Below are positions 35,531 through 46,966 of a stretch of 64,000 nt of DNA, in pieces (the first letter of the stretch is position 1; every line of letters starts with the position of its first letter). The notes beneath the pieces are model-generated. The model did not search any database. It saw only the letters and a program-made list of their open reading frames with translations, and was not told the DNA's origin. The stretch is from Lytechinus pictus (lineage: Eukaryota), in assembly GCF_037042905.1 (NCBI RefSeq), contig NC_087249.1:9240001-9304000 (forward strand). The letters are read 5' to 3'. The position numbers and the translations under genes were made by a program.

Positions 35531-38500
35531 CTTTGATAAACAGACCCAAACCGAAAATGAATGTCATCCTTCATCTATTTCGACTGTCGATCGCAGGTCT
35601 TCATCACCTCCACCGCCATACATTCCCACAATTGTCGACAACAAGTATATTTTAGCTTTCATCGACAGTGGTTCCTTTATATCGCTGATGAGTGCAGATT
35701 TCTACTACTCAATCCCAGAGAGCCAGCGAAGTCCATTGCACAAGACAATAACTTTGGCTTCAACGATAACCAGAGAAGGTATTGACATTATTGGAACGAC
35801 CTCACCAACCATCCATCTTGGAAACAAGACAGTCAAGCATCTGTTCAGAGTAGCGAGAAACATAACTCACCCTTTCGTCCTTGGTTGGGATTTCATGGAC
35901 CAACATGATGCCTCCATCTCTGCTCGTACATCAACATTCAATATGCCTGGTATGAGTATTCCACTTGTTGAACGACATCAACACCAAGTACCACTCAAAT
36001 GTAATGTTTGTCTGATTGGAAAGACAACTCTCCCTGGAATGAGTGAGGTGCATGTTCAAGGTCGATTGATATCACCACAACCTGATGTAGTTCCACAAGA
36101 CTACAATGGAATATTTGAGCCCTCTATCGATGAACATCTCAATATTGCGGGTGCGAGATCCCTTTCTCGACCACAAGATGGTATCATCTTACTCAGGCTG
36201 ATAAACCCTACTTCTGAGATGGTAGAATTGTCAGCAAACACTGCGCTCGGGCAATTCTATTCTACTACTGGAGACAAAGAGGAAGAGTACGAAATTCTTG
36301 ACGGTGTTGTAGCCGGCACACAGGAAAATTCACCTCTTGACATTTCTTCAATGCTCCCTACTTCGAACCTGTCCAAAACTGAGTATGAAAGTGCTGAACG
36401 TCTACTCAATTCTTATTCTGATGTTTTCAGCAGCACATCTGAGGATATTGGACAGACTAATTTTGCCTATCATGAAATCAACACAACAACAGAGACGCCA
36501 GTTCGACAAAGAGCATACAGAACTTCACCTACTATGAGAGTTGAAATACAGACTCAGGTCGATGAGCTACTAAGACGAGACATTATTGAGGAAAGCTTCA
36601 GTCCATGGGCCAGCCCAATTGTGATGGTGAGAAAAAAAGACAATACCTACAGGTTTTGTGTAGACTACCGAGCATTAAATGCGATCACAGTCAGAGACTC
36701 CCATCCTATCCCACGTTCTGATGATTCCATCGACGCTTTAGCATCATCTTCCTATTTTAGCGTTATCGACTTGTCATCTGGATATTGGCAGATCCCAGTT
36801 GAGCCACGGGACAGAGAAAAGACTGCCTTCACCACAGGAACTGGACTCTACCACTTCAAGGTCATGCCTTTTGGCTTGGTTAACGCACCAATGACTTTCC
36901 AGAGAGTAATGGAAGCAGTTCTCCATGGGTTACATTGGTCAATATGCCTCATTTACTTGGACGATTGCATAATACTTGGCAAGACATTTCAAGATCACCT
37001 ACACAATCTTCAAGAAGTATTGCAACGATTCCGAGATGCTAACCTCAAGCTTAAACCTTCGAAATGTCAATTCTTTCGAAAGGAAGTAACCTATCTTGGA
37101 CATGTGATTAGTACCAACGGAGTTCTCCCCGACCCAGTGAACACCAAGAAAGTGTCATCCTGGCCTCGACCAACGACTCCAACCCAAGTTAGATCATTTT
37201 TGGGACTTGCCTCCTTTTACCGGAGATTCATACACAACTTTGCTCAAGTCTCATCACCACTCACTGACTTGACGCAGAAAGGCAAGAAGTTTATCTGGAC
37301 CGCTGAATGCGAGGAAGCATTCAACCAACTGAAGTCTTCTCTCACAAGCCCACCAATCCTTGCATATCCGGATTTTGCCAAGAAGTTTAGTTTGGCGACC
37401 GACGCTTCACAAGATGCTATTGGGGCCGTACTCTCTCAGTCACAAGACGGAAATGACCGAGTAGTTGCTTACTACAGTAAAAAGCTAACTCCAGCCCAAC
37501 AGAAATGGTCGACATATGACAGAGAACTATGGTCCATAATTTCATCTGTTCGGCATTTCAGGCATTATTTAAGGGGCAGAGAATTCACAATCCATACGGA
37601 TCATCAACCCCTCTTAGCCTACCACAAGGTTCCGATACAAGATGATGCCACAGGACGCAGAGCAAGGTGGATCGTAGAGTTGAATGCATATTCTTTCACC
37701 ATGAATCACAGAAAGGGCACTGCAAATCGTAATGCCGATGCTATGTCACGCATGCCAGAAGAGACAGCACCCCTTGTTAGCATGGTAAACACACGCTCCT
37801 CTACGAGAAATCGATCTACAACTCAATCCGACCAAGCATCTACCAATCCAAAGTCATGTGACTCTATGGAAGACAAAGTTAATGAGAACTTTATCCTTTC
37901 TAACCATCATACTGATATACAATACCACCAGCAACATGACATGGACATTCAAAGGATAATCAAGTACATCAAGGAGAACCATCATCCAACAGTGAGAGAA
38001 GTAAGACGACAATCACCCCGTCTTCGACGTCTTTTATGGCAGCTCCCAAGATTTGTACTTCAGAATGGTCTCTTATACCGACGACGACAAGACAACTTTG
38101 GAACATCCTCACTTCAGGTAGTTGTACCAGAATCTCTCATCCCTCGAGTGCTAGAAGAGATACATGGTAACCCATCTTCTGGACACTTCGGAGTTCAACG
38201 TACACTACACAGAGCTGAAGCTATGTGCTATTGGCCGTTCATGCACAAAGATATAACCAACTACTGCAGAACCTGCCATGCCTGTGAGTCGATAAGATCA
38301 CCGAACCCAAAGCACCAAGCTCCGCTTCAGAACATCAAGACAGACCACCCTCTTCAAATTGTATTCGCGGATATAGCGGAACTTCCTACTTCGAGAAGTG
38401 GATACCACTATATTTTGGTCGTGGTTGATCACTTTAGTAAATACACCAATATTTACCCTATGCGAGACCAGACCGCCCAGACTGTAGCGAGACACCTATT

Positions 38501-39977
38501 TGAAGAATACATCAAAGAACACGGAGTTCCAGAGTCGTTACACACTGACCAAGGAAGACAATTCGAATCCCGACTTGTTCAAGATCTCTGCAAGAAGCTT
38601 AGTATCCGCAAATCTCGTTCGTCTCCATACCATCCACAAGGAGCAGGTATCGTCGAGAGAGCGAACCGAGTTATTAAGGAACAGCTTGCAAAGTACATAG
38701 CCGATCAGGGAGGTGACTGGGACAAACATATACATCAACTACAACTAGCCTACAATACCAGTGTTCATTCGAGCACCGGTATGACACCCTATTTCGTCAT
38801 GCATGGTCGTGAAGCACGGACCCCGGCTAGTATCACTTGTCCTATCATGACACAGTCATATGATTCTCCTCAAGAGTACGTCACCGATGTATGTTCTCGG
38901 CTGAGAAAGGCTTTCCAACATGCCAAGCAGAAGACAGACCAAGCTCAACTTAGACAGAAAAAAGACTATGATGTCTCAACTAGAACCATCAAGTACACTC
39001 CCGGAGATCTTGTTTGGTTGCACGATCCCGTCAATGCTAGACATAAATTAGAGCCTAACTGGAAGGGACCTTTCGTCATTGTCTCATCCTCTCCTGATGA
39101 ACTTGACTACAAGATTGCCGACATCCATAATGAAAATGTGAAGAAACTTGTTCATCACAATAGGCTCAAACTTTTCAGGTCAAAAGCATATCTTCAAGGA
39201 AAGACTCCTACCTCTCGTCCTTCTTCAGACAGTCAGGAAAGACATCTTTCCATTCGTCCTCCTTCAAGTGCTCAGGCAAAGCCTGATATTCCTCCTCCAT
39301 CTAACTTAGCATCTCAGTCTTCGATAGAGATGCCATGGTCAGCAAAATCTCAAACACACGCTGATCAGGTCCCCATCCAGCCTGTGGAAAATCTTCAGGT
39401 TCCACCTCAACGACCAATCCATCCCGTGAGAAGTGAGACTGATCGACCTTCACGGTCAGACTCATTGTCTCAATCTGCAGACCAATCCATTCAACCCCAG
39501 AAGTTAGACAACTCTGATCCACCATCAGGGTCAGAGAAGTCTAAAGGACAGTCGTCTACCCAATCCATACAGTCATCTACCCAACCCATGCAATCATCTA
39601 CCCAATCCTCAAATCAACACCCGATGTTGGATGATTCTGACCAACCACCATGGTCAGAGTCAATGAGACAGTCGTCCACTCAGTCTTTACAACAGCAGGC
39701 TAACCAATCCATTCAACCCTTGGAACCAAACCAGGTCAATTCTCAAGGACAAGATAACTCTCCTGACCAATCCCATATCCCAGGACCCTCTAAAGAGAAC
39801 GAAGGTGACAACCCGGAGGTCACCAATCGAGAACACCCCCCTCGACCATCAACTGATGAATCTGTGAGCCAGAGCGTAACTTGTATGCGAGAAGATTCCG
39901 CTTCGACACAAATTTCGCGGACTCGTTCAGGCCGTTCTATACATAAACCAAAGAAGTATAGCGATTATCAATTATGA
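35481..39977 (+). CDS. pol: Pol polyprotein (protease, RT, RNase H, integrase) in the -1 frame relative to gag
   Basis: Frame is open from the slippery site. Protease AFIDSGS (D at 35664, upstream of the ORF-track ATG); RT YLDD at 36954; RNase H TDAS..E..TDH; integrase H-H-C-C, D-D-E (ADI, TDQG, VER) and WKGPF. Confidence 0.96.
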   Translation, partial: GKLFIVDDKGRPSTSSLFDKQTQTENECHPSSISTVDRRSSSPPPPYIPTIVDNKYILAFIDSGSFISLMSADFYYSIPESQRSPLHKTITLASTITREGIDIIGTTSPTIHLGNKTVKHLFRVARNITHPFVLGWDFMDQHDASISARTSTFNMPGMSIPLVERHQHQVPLKCNVCLIGKTTLPGMSEVHVQGRLISPQPDVVPQDYNGIFEPSIDEHLNIAGARSLSRPQDGIILLRLINPTSEMVELSANTALGQFYSTTGDKEEEYEILDGVVAGTQENSPLDISSMLPTSNLSKTEYESAERLLNSYSDVFSSTSEDIGQTNFAYHEINTTTETPVRQRAYRTSPTMRVEIQTQVDELLRRDIIEESFSPWASPIVMVRKKDNTYRFCVDYRALNAITVRDSHPIPRSDDSIDALASSSYFSVIDLSSGYWQIPVEPRDREKTAFTTGTGLYHFKVMPFGLVNAPMTFQRVMEAVLHGLHWSICLIYLDDCIILGKTFQDHLHNLQEVLQRFRDANLKLKPSKCQFFRKEVTYLGHVISTNGVLPDPVNTKKVSSWPRPTTPTQVRSFLGLASFYRRFIHNFAQVSSPLTDLTQKGKKFIWTAECEEAFNQLKSSLTSPPILAYPDFAKKFSLATDASQDAIGAVLSQSQDGNDRVVAYYSKKLTPAQQKWSTYDRELWSIISSVRHFRHYLRGREFTIHTDHQPLLAYHKVPIQDDATGRRARWIVELNAYSFTMNHRKGTANRNADAMSRMPEETAPLVSMVNTRSSTRNRSTTQSDQASTNPKSCDSMEDKVNENFILSNHHTDIQYHQQHDMDIQRIIKYIKENHHPTVREVRRQSPRLRRLLWQLPRFVLQNGLLYRRRQDNFGTSSLQVVVPESLIPRVLEEIHGNPSSGHFGVQRTLHRAEAMCYWPFMHKDITNYCRTCHACESIRSPNPKHQAPLQNIKTDHPLQIVFADIAELPTSRSGYHYILVVVDHFSKYTNIYPMRDQTAQTVARHLFEEYIKEHGVPESLHTDQGRQFESRLVQDLCKKLSIRKSRSSPYHPQGAGIVERANRVIKEQLAKYIADQGGDWDKHIHQLQLAYNTSVHSSTGMTPYFVMHGREARTPASITCPIMTQSYDSPQEYVTDVCSRLRKAFQHAKQKTDQAQLRQKKDYDVSTRTIKYTPGDLVWLHDPVNARHKLEPNWKGPFVIVSSSPDELDYKIADIHNENVKKLVHHNRLKLFRSKAYLQGKTPTSRPSSDSQERHLSIRPPSSAQAKPDIPPPSNLASQSSIEMPWSAKSQTHADQVPIQPVENLQVPPQRPIHPVRSETDRPSRSDSLSQSADQSIQPQKLDNSDPPSGSEKSKGQSSTQSIQSSTQPMQSSTQSSNQHPMLDDSDQPPWSESMRQSSTQSLQQQANQSIQPLEPNQVNSQGQDNSPDQSHIPGPSKENEGDNPEVTNREHPPRPSTDESVSQSVTCMREDSASTQISRTRSGRSIHKPKKYSDYQL

Positions 39978-41984
39978 TTCTTCCTGGAAGTGAGACATTT
40001 TTGCATTTCATCAAACTGGAGATGTTATGATTATCGATGGTAATTTTAGAATATTTCCTGAAGGAAAGAGCTGAACATTTAATTAATTCAAATTTGACAT
40101 CTTTATCCAAGAAGAAGAGAAAACTGAACTGGACGCGTCAAACACTGACATTGACATTAAAAGTGAATATTTTTTTAATGAACTGTTATATCGGACAGAG
40201 ACGTCTACGAACCAAGATTAATATTTAGAAGAGTCAACAATTCATCACATACAACATGATTTTTCATGATTCGATATTGAACGAACTCTTATTTCATTGA
40301 TTATTAATCTGCAAGTCAAAACATCAGCATATGAACTGAATATTTTTTTTTTCAACATGCTGATGAAGGAATTCCAATGAACTTTAATCATATGGATTAA
40401 TCATTGAAACAGAAAATTTTTAATACGGACAACATTTGAACGTCGATAGTTGTTATACTGTGCAAGTCAAAGTATCAGAATATGAATTTGAAAATCATGC
40501 ATGTACTAGGTTTATTTTTCATCTGACTGATTGACTATTAACATGCAAAGTTTGTAGACAGGAAAATTGAGCAAAATACTGTTATTTCTTTGTCAAAATA
40601 TTGCAAGTCAAACATTTAACGTGACACAATATAGAATACATAGTTAGATAGAAATGTTATTTAAACCAGAAATCTTTGACAAAACAATAAGATTGTCTTT
40701 TATACTGTTATTCATACTTATACATGCAAAACTTTGATTCCAGAGGAAAATTTTTTTTTTCAAAGACAGACAGCAATTTACATACTATGTTATATTGTTG
40801 GTCAAAATTGTTAATGATAATTGTAAATTTATTGATATAGGAAAAATAATATTTTGATGGTTTTCCAGAAATCAAGAGGAAAAGAATGCCTGTCAGAATG
40901 AAAAAAAAAAACATTTGAATATATTTCAATGTGATAAGTGGTGCAGAGTATTTAAAACATTGAGTTGATTTCAGTCCTGCACAGAAGGTACTACTCTAAT
41001 CAAATCGTTATGTGCTTAGAAAAAAAAAAGTGAAAAAAAGAAATGTCATATTTAAAATGAAATAGTTTTGTGCTATATTTCAAATATATCAGTACAATCA
41101 CTGTATAAAATGTTAGGATAGTGATGATAATGATTCACGGTATCTCATTTTAGTGATTGTGTATAGCAGGATAGTTGGTAGTTTGATTTTTTTTTTTTAA
41201 GTGGAAAATTAATCAGTTTACTTATTGAGTACAAGGATAACTCAGGTTACTTCAAATTTTAAAAAAAAAATAATTATTGAACTTTAATATCGATGGTTTA
41301 ATACATGTCGAAAAAAAGGAGTAATTTTTGCACTGATAATAGTGTCTAAATGATAAAATCATGGAGATCTGAAATCATTCATGTAACTTTGGAAAATTAA
41401 AAAAAATTCTCAGATTATCCATATATATGTATTGATTTCATTTCATATTTGGTACAGACATGATCTTGTTTAAAAAAAAAAGGGTTATTTACATTGATAT
41501 TTTATTTTATACAAAAAAAAAGAAGAAAGGGAAGAAAATGCAGAAATGGTGTTTGAAAAAGAAAAATTTTATATTCTTTTATGAAACAAACAAAAAAATA
41601 ACAAAGGAAAATATAAAAGGTAATTTTTTTAAATAGATCTTAAAGTTGAATCATCTGTTTAAAAAAAAAAAAAAGAAAGAAAGAAAGAAAGAATAGTTCC
41701 ATCCAGGTGTATGGATAGTATCGTTGATATAAGTCAATCACTTGGGTAAGTTTACATGTATACAAATGAAAGTACTGCATTTGTTGAATTTCAGTGTTTT
41801 TATAGCGACTAATGACAATTTAATTTTTTTAGTGAAAAGGACATACTTGTAGCTTGATAGTCATTTTCCAATTATTACAAAACAATGGTACATTTTCAAT
41901 AGCTATGATGTTATAAATTTTCGAAGTTAAAGATATTTCGAATTATAAAATGAGGACATTTTATTTGTGAAGGAAAGTCTAGTT

Positions 41985-42541
41985 TGTAGGGATCGATTTT
42001 GAACTGTTATTTCTTTCCACTCTTATTCATGAATCATCCCCTTTTTTCTAATAGAACATCCCTCATTTATATTCACCCTTTTCATCCTAACTTTCTATTC
42101 TTTATGTACAACTCTCTATACACTATCTGCTGTACACTCCTCACACAAGGTTCTTTTGTATTAAATCACTCCACCATTCTTCATACAGCTTTCTTCACTC
42201 CTCTCTCCCTCTCCTTCCACCTCTCTCCTTCTGATTGGTTATAATGTTAAGTTGATGCACTCAAGCTTAGATAATAATTTGCATATTGTTTGAATAGTCA
42301 ATATATATCTTTTGTTGTGTATTTGAATATTCAGTTATACTTTGTTCTATTGATTTACATTTATATGAATATTGATATGCCTTCACTAATTTGAATGGAA
42401 TGTTGCTTAGAATGCAACAAGGCTTTAATATATTAAAAACTGGGAGTTGGCCAGTAAGTTATCAACCTGACAACATGTCTGCTGGGCTGCCTCTGTGTTT
42501 AGAGAACTAGAAATGAGATATTGACAGAACCCCGTACTACA
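41985..42541 (+). repeat. 3' LTR (557 bp)
   Basis: Same as the 5' LTR except one visible substitution (G33641 vs A42359). Confidence 0.97.
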
Positions 42542-44146
42542 CTTAGGATGAACTGTCCCTTTGATACAAGGGTAACACTTTTTATAAGTCTCTTGTTCCT
42601 AATTTTGCTTTGTGAAAATTTTCTCGGATTAGTATGCCACGTACTTGCCTAAAATACAACCATATTTGCATCCATAATTAGGAATGAATTATTGTATTTC
42701 ACTTCAAGAAGGGCATAGTACTAGCATAAATGGGTTGCAGTGAAAAAAATTCAAGTAGAAATCTAGTAAACACACTTATTAGAAGTAGCTACATAAAGGG
42801 TCAATACAGTATATTTTTCATCAGTATGCTAGATGTATTGTGGGTAATCAATGAAAAAAGAAAATATCACGTCTAATCAATACAAATTTGACAAGCCAAA
42901 AGATAAAGGTCCTCAACATTTTTGTAGGGGGGGGGGGTGGGTATCAAAAATATTTAAGGGGGGTTTGAACACCTGTAACCACCCCCGCCTGCATACGCCA
43001 CTGATCAACAACAGTAATCTGTAGCCTCTGTATTTGACTTTTAAAAGATAATAAATGATACATGTACCAATGCAGGGGAAATATGTATTTAGCATGTAAC
43101 TATTGATTGAAAATGTAATAAACATACTCAATTGGTCTACCATATGAACAGTGACTAAATATCATAAATAAATGCAAAAACATGGTATATTTACACGTAG
43201 GCAGTTGTGTAGAAAACATGCAGGTATATTCCTTTAATATTCCTGCGTGTGGTCTCTCATTGACTGTGTGTTATAAATACTTAGTCTTAAAATATACGTT
43301 TTCAGATATCTACTTATACTACAGAGAATAAATTGACCTATAATTGTATTTGTATAGAGAAACTAAAATGTTTTGAGAGGAAAAGTAATTATTTGCTACT
43401 TCGTAACACAAGTATTGCAGTATAAATGTATTGAGTAGTTAATTAGCATGTTATCATTCAAGTGGGTCTATATTACTAGACTACACTAGCATTATGGGTC
43501 AGGAAACTGGCCAGGTATGAGTAGATGAGGATTCGATATGGCGCTATTGGTTCGTATCTGCTTTAACTCAAGCAATATTACAAACACTTTGCTTTCACAC
43601 TGCCCAACGGTTCGTATCTCCTGACATGGGTGGAATTCTTGATCAGAAAAGTACCAGGAAATTGTTTTTATCTGTTGGGTTTGAAAGCACAATGATACAT
43701 CCAAACATCAACATGACCATTATTTTAGAAATGAAATCAGTAATGTTTATTTAATAAGAAGAGATAAACCTTTGGTTTAATGACCCTTTTATCATTCATG
43801 ACTCCAGGACGTGGGGGAATACCACCGAGGTTTCTTGGAATTTGATGAGTCTAGTGCCAACGATAGAGGCAAAGTACCCTCATATATTAATGCGTTTTAG
43901 CAGACAAAAGTCCCTCAAAGGTTGATTTATTGGCAGCAGCTAGTACAACATGAAAGCAACCTTGAGGAGCTACAGCTATTCTTTGTCAAAATCTTCGGCC
44001 CCATTTCTGCAGTTCAGTTTTACCATGGACCTACCTCTTAGAATACTATAGTAGGTCCATGCTTTAACTTCTGCCATGGCCTAACTCTGGGCTAACCTTA
44101 TGGAAAGCTGAAATGTCAAAATCTTGTTTACATGATATGTCTCTAT

Positions 44147-45690
44147 GGACCGTATTCTGAAGTCAGGTTTAACTTAAACCATGGTCTAACTCTGTGCTAA
44201 AATTATGGGAAGCCAAAGGTATCAAAATTTGTATTAAGTTGTATGTTTCTTATGTTTACTGTGCTCTTTCCTGATTCATCGATGGTGAAGACAATAATCT
44301 ATTTATACTTCCTACACAATTATAAATGATTTGAGAGCCAAATAAGCTGAAATATTATATCTCTACTGTTAGTGATTTATGTAACAACTGGCTCTCCATA
44401 CTTAAACCACAACTTTAAACCTGAGTATAAGTTAAATCCTACTTCAGAATATGGACCTTTATGTTTACTTAGACAGGAATGGCCGTCTTTTCTGGGGATT
44501 TTTTAAAAACAATTTCTGACAGCCAGCGTAGTTTAGCGGAACAACCCAATATTGTACAGAGACTGAAGTTTTTGGTCTAATGTTTACTGTGCTCTTCCCT
44601 TATGCTTTAATAGTGAATATTCAAGAAAATTATTTCAGCAGATATCATTCCGTGACAGTTATGAATGCCTGGCATGTCAAATGAGATGATGAATTTAATG
44701 TAACTTGCTTGAGATTAATATTGCAATTGGCTCTCCATAGTTGACCGGAGTTTAAATGTTAGGGCTCGTATTCTGAAGTCAGGTTCCACTTAGACCATGG
44801 TCTAACTCTGTGCTAAAATTATGGGAAGCCAAAGGTATCAAAATTTGTATTAAGTTGTATGTTTGTTATGTTTACTTTGCTCTTTCCTTATTCATCGATG
44901 GTGAAGACAATAATCTATTTATACTTCCTACACAATTATAAATGATTTGAGAGCCAAATAAGCTGAAATATTATATCTCTACTGTTAGTGATTTATGTAA
45001 CAACTGGGTCTCCATACTTAAACCACAACTTTAAACCTGAGTATAAGTTAAATGCTACTTCAGAATATGGACCTTTATGTTTACTTAGACAGGAATGGCC
45101 GTCTTTTCTGGGGATTTTTTAAAAACAATTTGTGACAGCCAGCGTAGTTTAGCGGAACAACCCAATATTGTACAGAGACTGAAGCTTTTGGTCTAATGTT
45201 TACTGTGCTCTTTCCTTATGCTTTAATAGTGAATATTCAAGAAAATTATTTCAGCAGATATCATTCCGTGACAGTTATGAATGCCTAGCATGTCAAATGA
45301 GATGATGAATTTAATGTAACTTGCTTGAGATTAATATTGCAATTGGCTCTCTATAGTTGACCGGAGTTTAAATGTTAGGGCTTGTATTCTGAAGTCAGGT
45401 TTAACTTAGACCTTGGTCTAACTCTGTGCTAAAATTATGGAAAGCCAAACATTTCAAAATTTTCCTTACATAACATGTTTCTTATGCTTACTGTGCTCTT
45501 TCCTAACTCGTGAATGGTGAAGAAAGTTTATCTTTCCGAAACAGTTAAAAATGATTTTAGGGAAATATGACCTGATACATTTATGTTATATTGTTAGAGA
45601 TTTATGCAACTATTGGCTGTCCATAGTTAAACCACAACTTTAAATCAGGGTTTAAATTAAACCGGACTTCAGAATACGGGCCAAAGAGTT
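44147..45690. repeat. ~616-bp tandem duplication built from nested MITE copies
   Basis: tattctgaagtcagg... recurs at ~44154, 44769 and 45385; the first two units are nearly identical, including the intervening sequence. Confidence 0.85.
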
Positions 45691-45992
45691 CAGAATACGA
45701 GCATATTCTGCAAAACATTCGGTATATTCTTCTTCTTAGTCAAATTTTTCCAAAGACGAACAGATTTAAGTGGTCCCCACAAATTTGAGTCGACTAAGGC
45801 AAAGCTACCTGTATGAGTAGTTAAGAAAGATGCAGATGAAAATCAAATTTTATAAATCTTAAAAAGAAAGATATGACTATCCAACTCATATCATCACTCG
45901 ATATTACTGTCAAACTTTACCTTTAGCCCCACCTATCTATCTACATGTAATTAAATTGTAATTAAATCCAAATTTGCAGGCTGCTCTTGATA

Positions 45993-46966
45993 TTTTTAGC
46001 TCGGGCCAGATGAGCTTGTGCCGTGGCGTGGCGTTCGTCGTCTGTTGTTCGTCCACAATTTCAAAATGCTTCTTCTTCGCCATTTCAAGTCCGATTTCAA
46101 TTATGTTTGCTTTATATGATAGCACTAGGTGGGGATTCAAAACTTCTTCACAGAATTTTGAAACTCATTAAATATGCTAATTTATGCAAATTTTTCGAAA
46201 TTCACAAAAAATGCTTCTTATTTGTTGACCGATTTTGAATTTTTTGCTTCCATCTGGTAGAGCTTCATAAGTTTCACCAAACTTTTAAACAGAATTTTGA
46301 AATTTTCAATAGAAAATTATTTATGCTAAATTTTGCGAAATTTATTCATAAATCAAATAAAATGCCTCTTATTTATTTGTTGACCAATTTTGATTTTTTT
46401 TTCTTCCATCTTGTTGAGCTGCATGAGGTTCACCAAACTTGTACACAAAATTTTGAAATTTTGTCTAGAAAATTATTTATGCTAATTTATGCAAAATTTA
46501 TTCATAAATCACAAAAAATGTTTTTTCTTCTTCATTTGTTGATCAATTTCAATTTTTTTATGCTTGATAGCTCGAGGTGGTGATACAAAATTTCAACACA
46601 GAATTTTGAAACTCATTATGCTAATTTATACATATATTTTCAAAACTCACAAAAAATACTTATTTATTTATTGATTGATTTTGATTATTTTTGTTCCATC
46701 TGAGAGCTACATGAAGTTCACCAAGCCTACACAGAGTTTAGAAATTTTGACTAGAAAATTATTTATGCTTAATATATATGAAATTTATTCATAGATCACA
46801 AAAAATGCTTCTACATGTATGTCATTTCTTCATCAATTTCAATTCTATATCCTCAATTTATGTCACCAATATAATTCACTACAGTGTCAACTTGGCTGAA
46901 ATCAAAATTGTGTTAAATTTCGTTGGGCGATGCCGGATGAGCTCCACATCATTGATGTGCTAGTTT
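45993..46966 (+). mobile_element. Helentron-associated / DINE-1-like element (second family); 3' fragment also at ~8950-9225
   Basis: tttttagctc start; internal AT-rich tandem units; 3' hairpin cacatca-t-tgatgtg followed by ctagtt. Confidence 0.7.

Larger units (their letters stand above)
33267..42541 (+). mobile_element. Full-length Ty3/gypsy LTR retrotransposon (9,275 bp)
   Basis: TG...CA LTRs, CTTAG TSD (33262-33266 and 42542-42546), PBS, gag and pol in PR-RT-RH-IN order. Confidence 0.98.
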
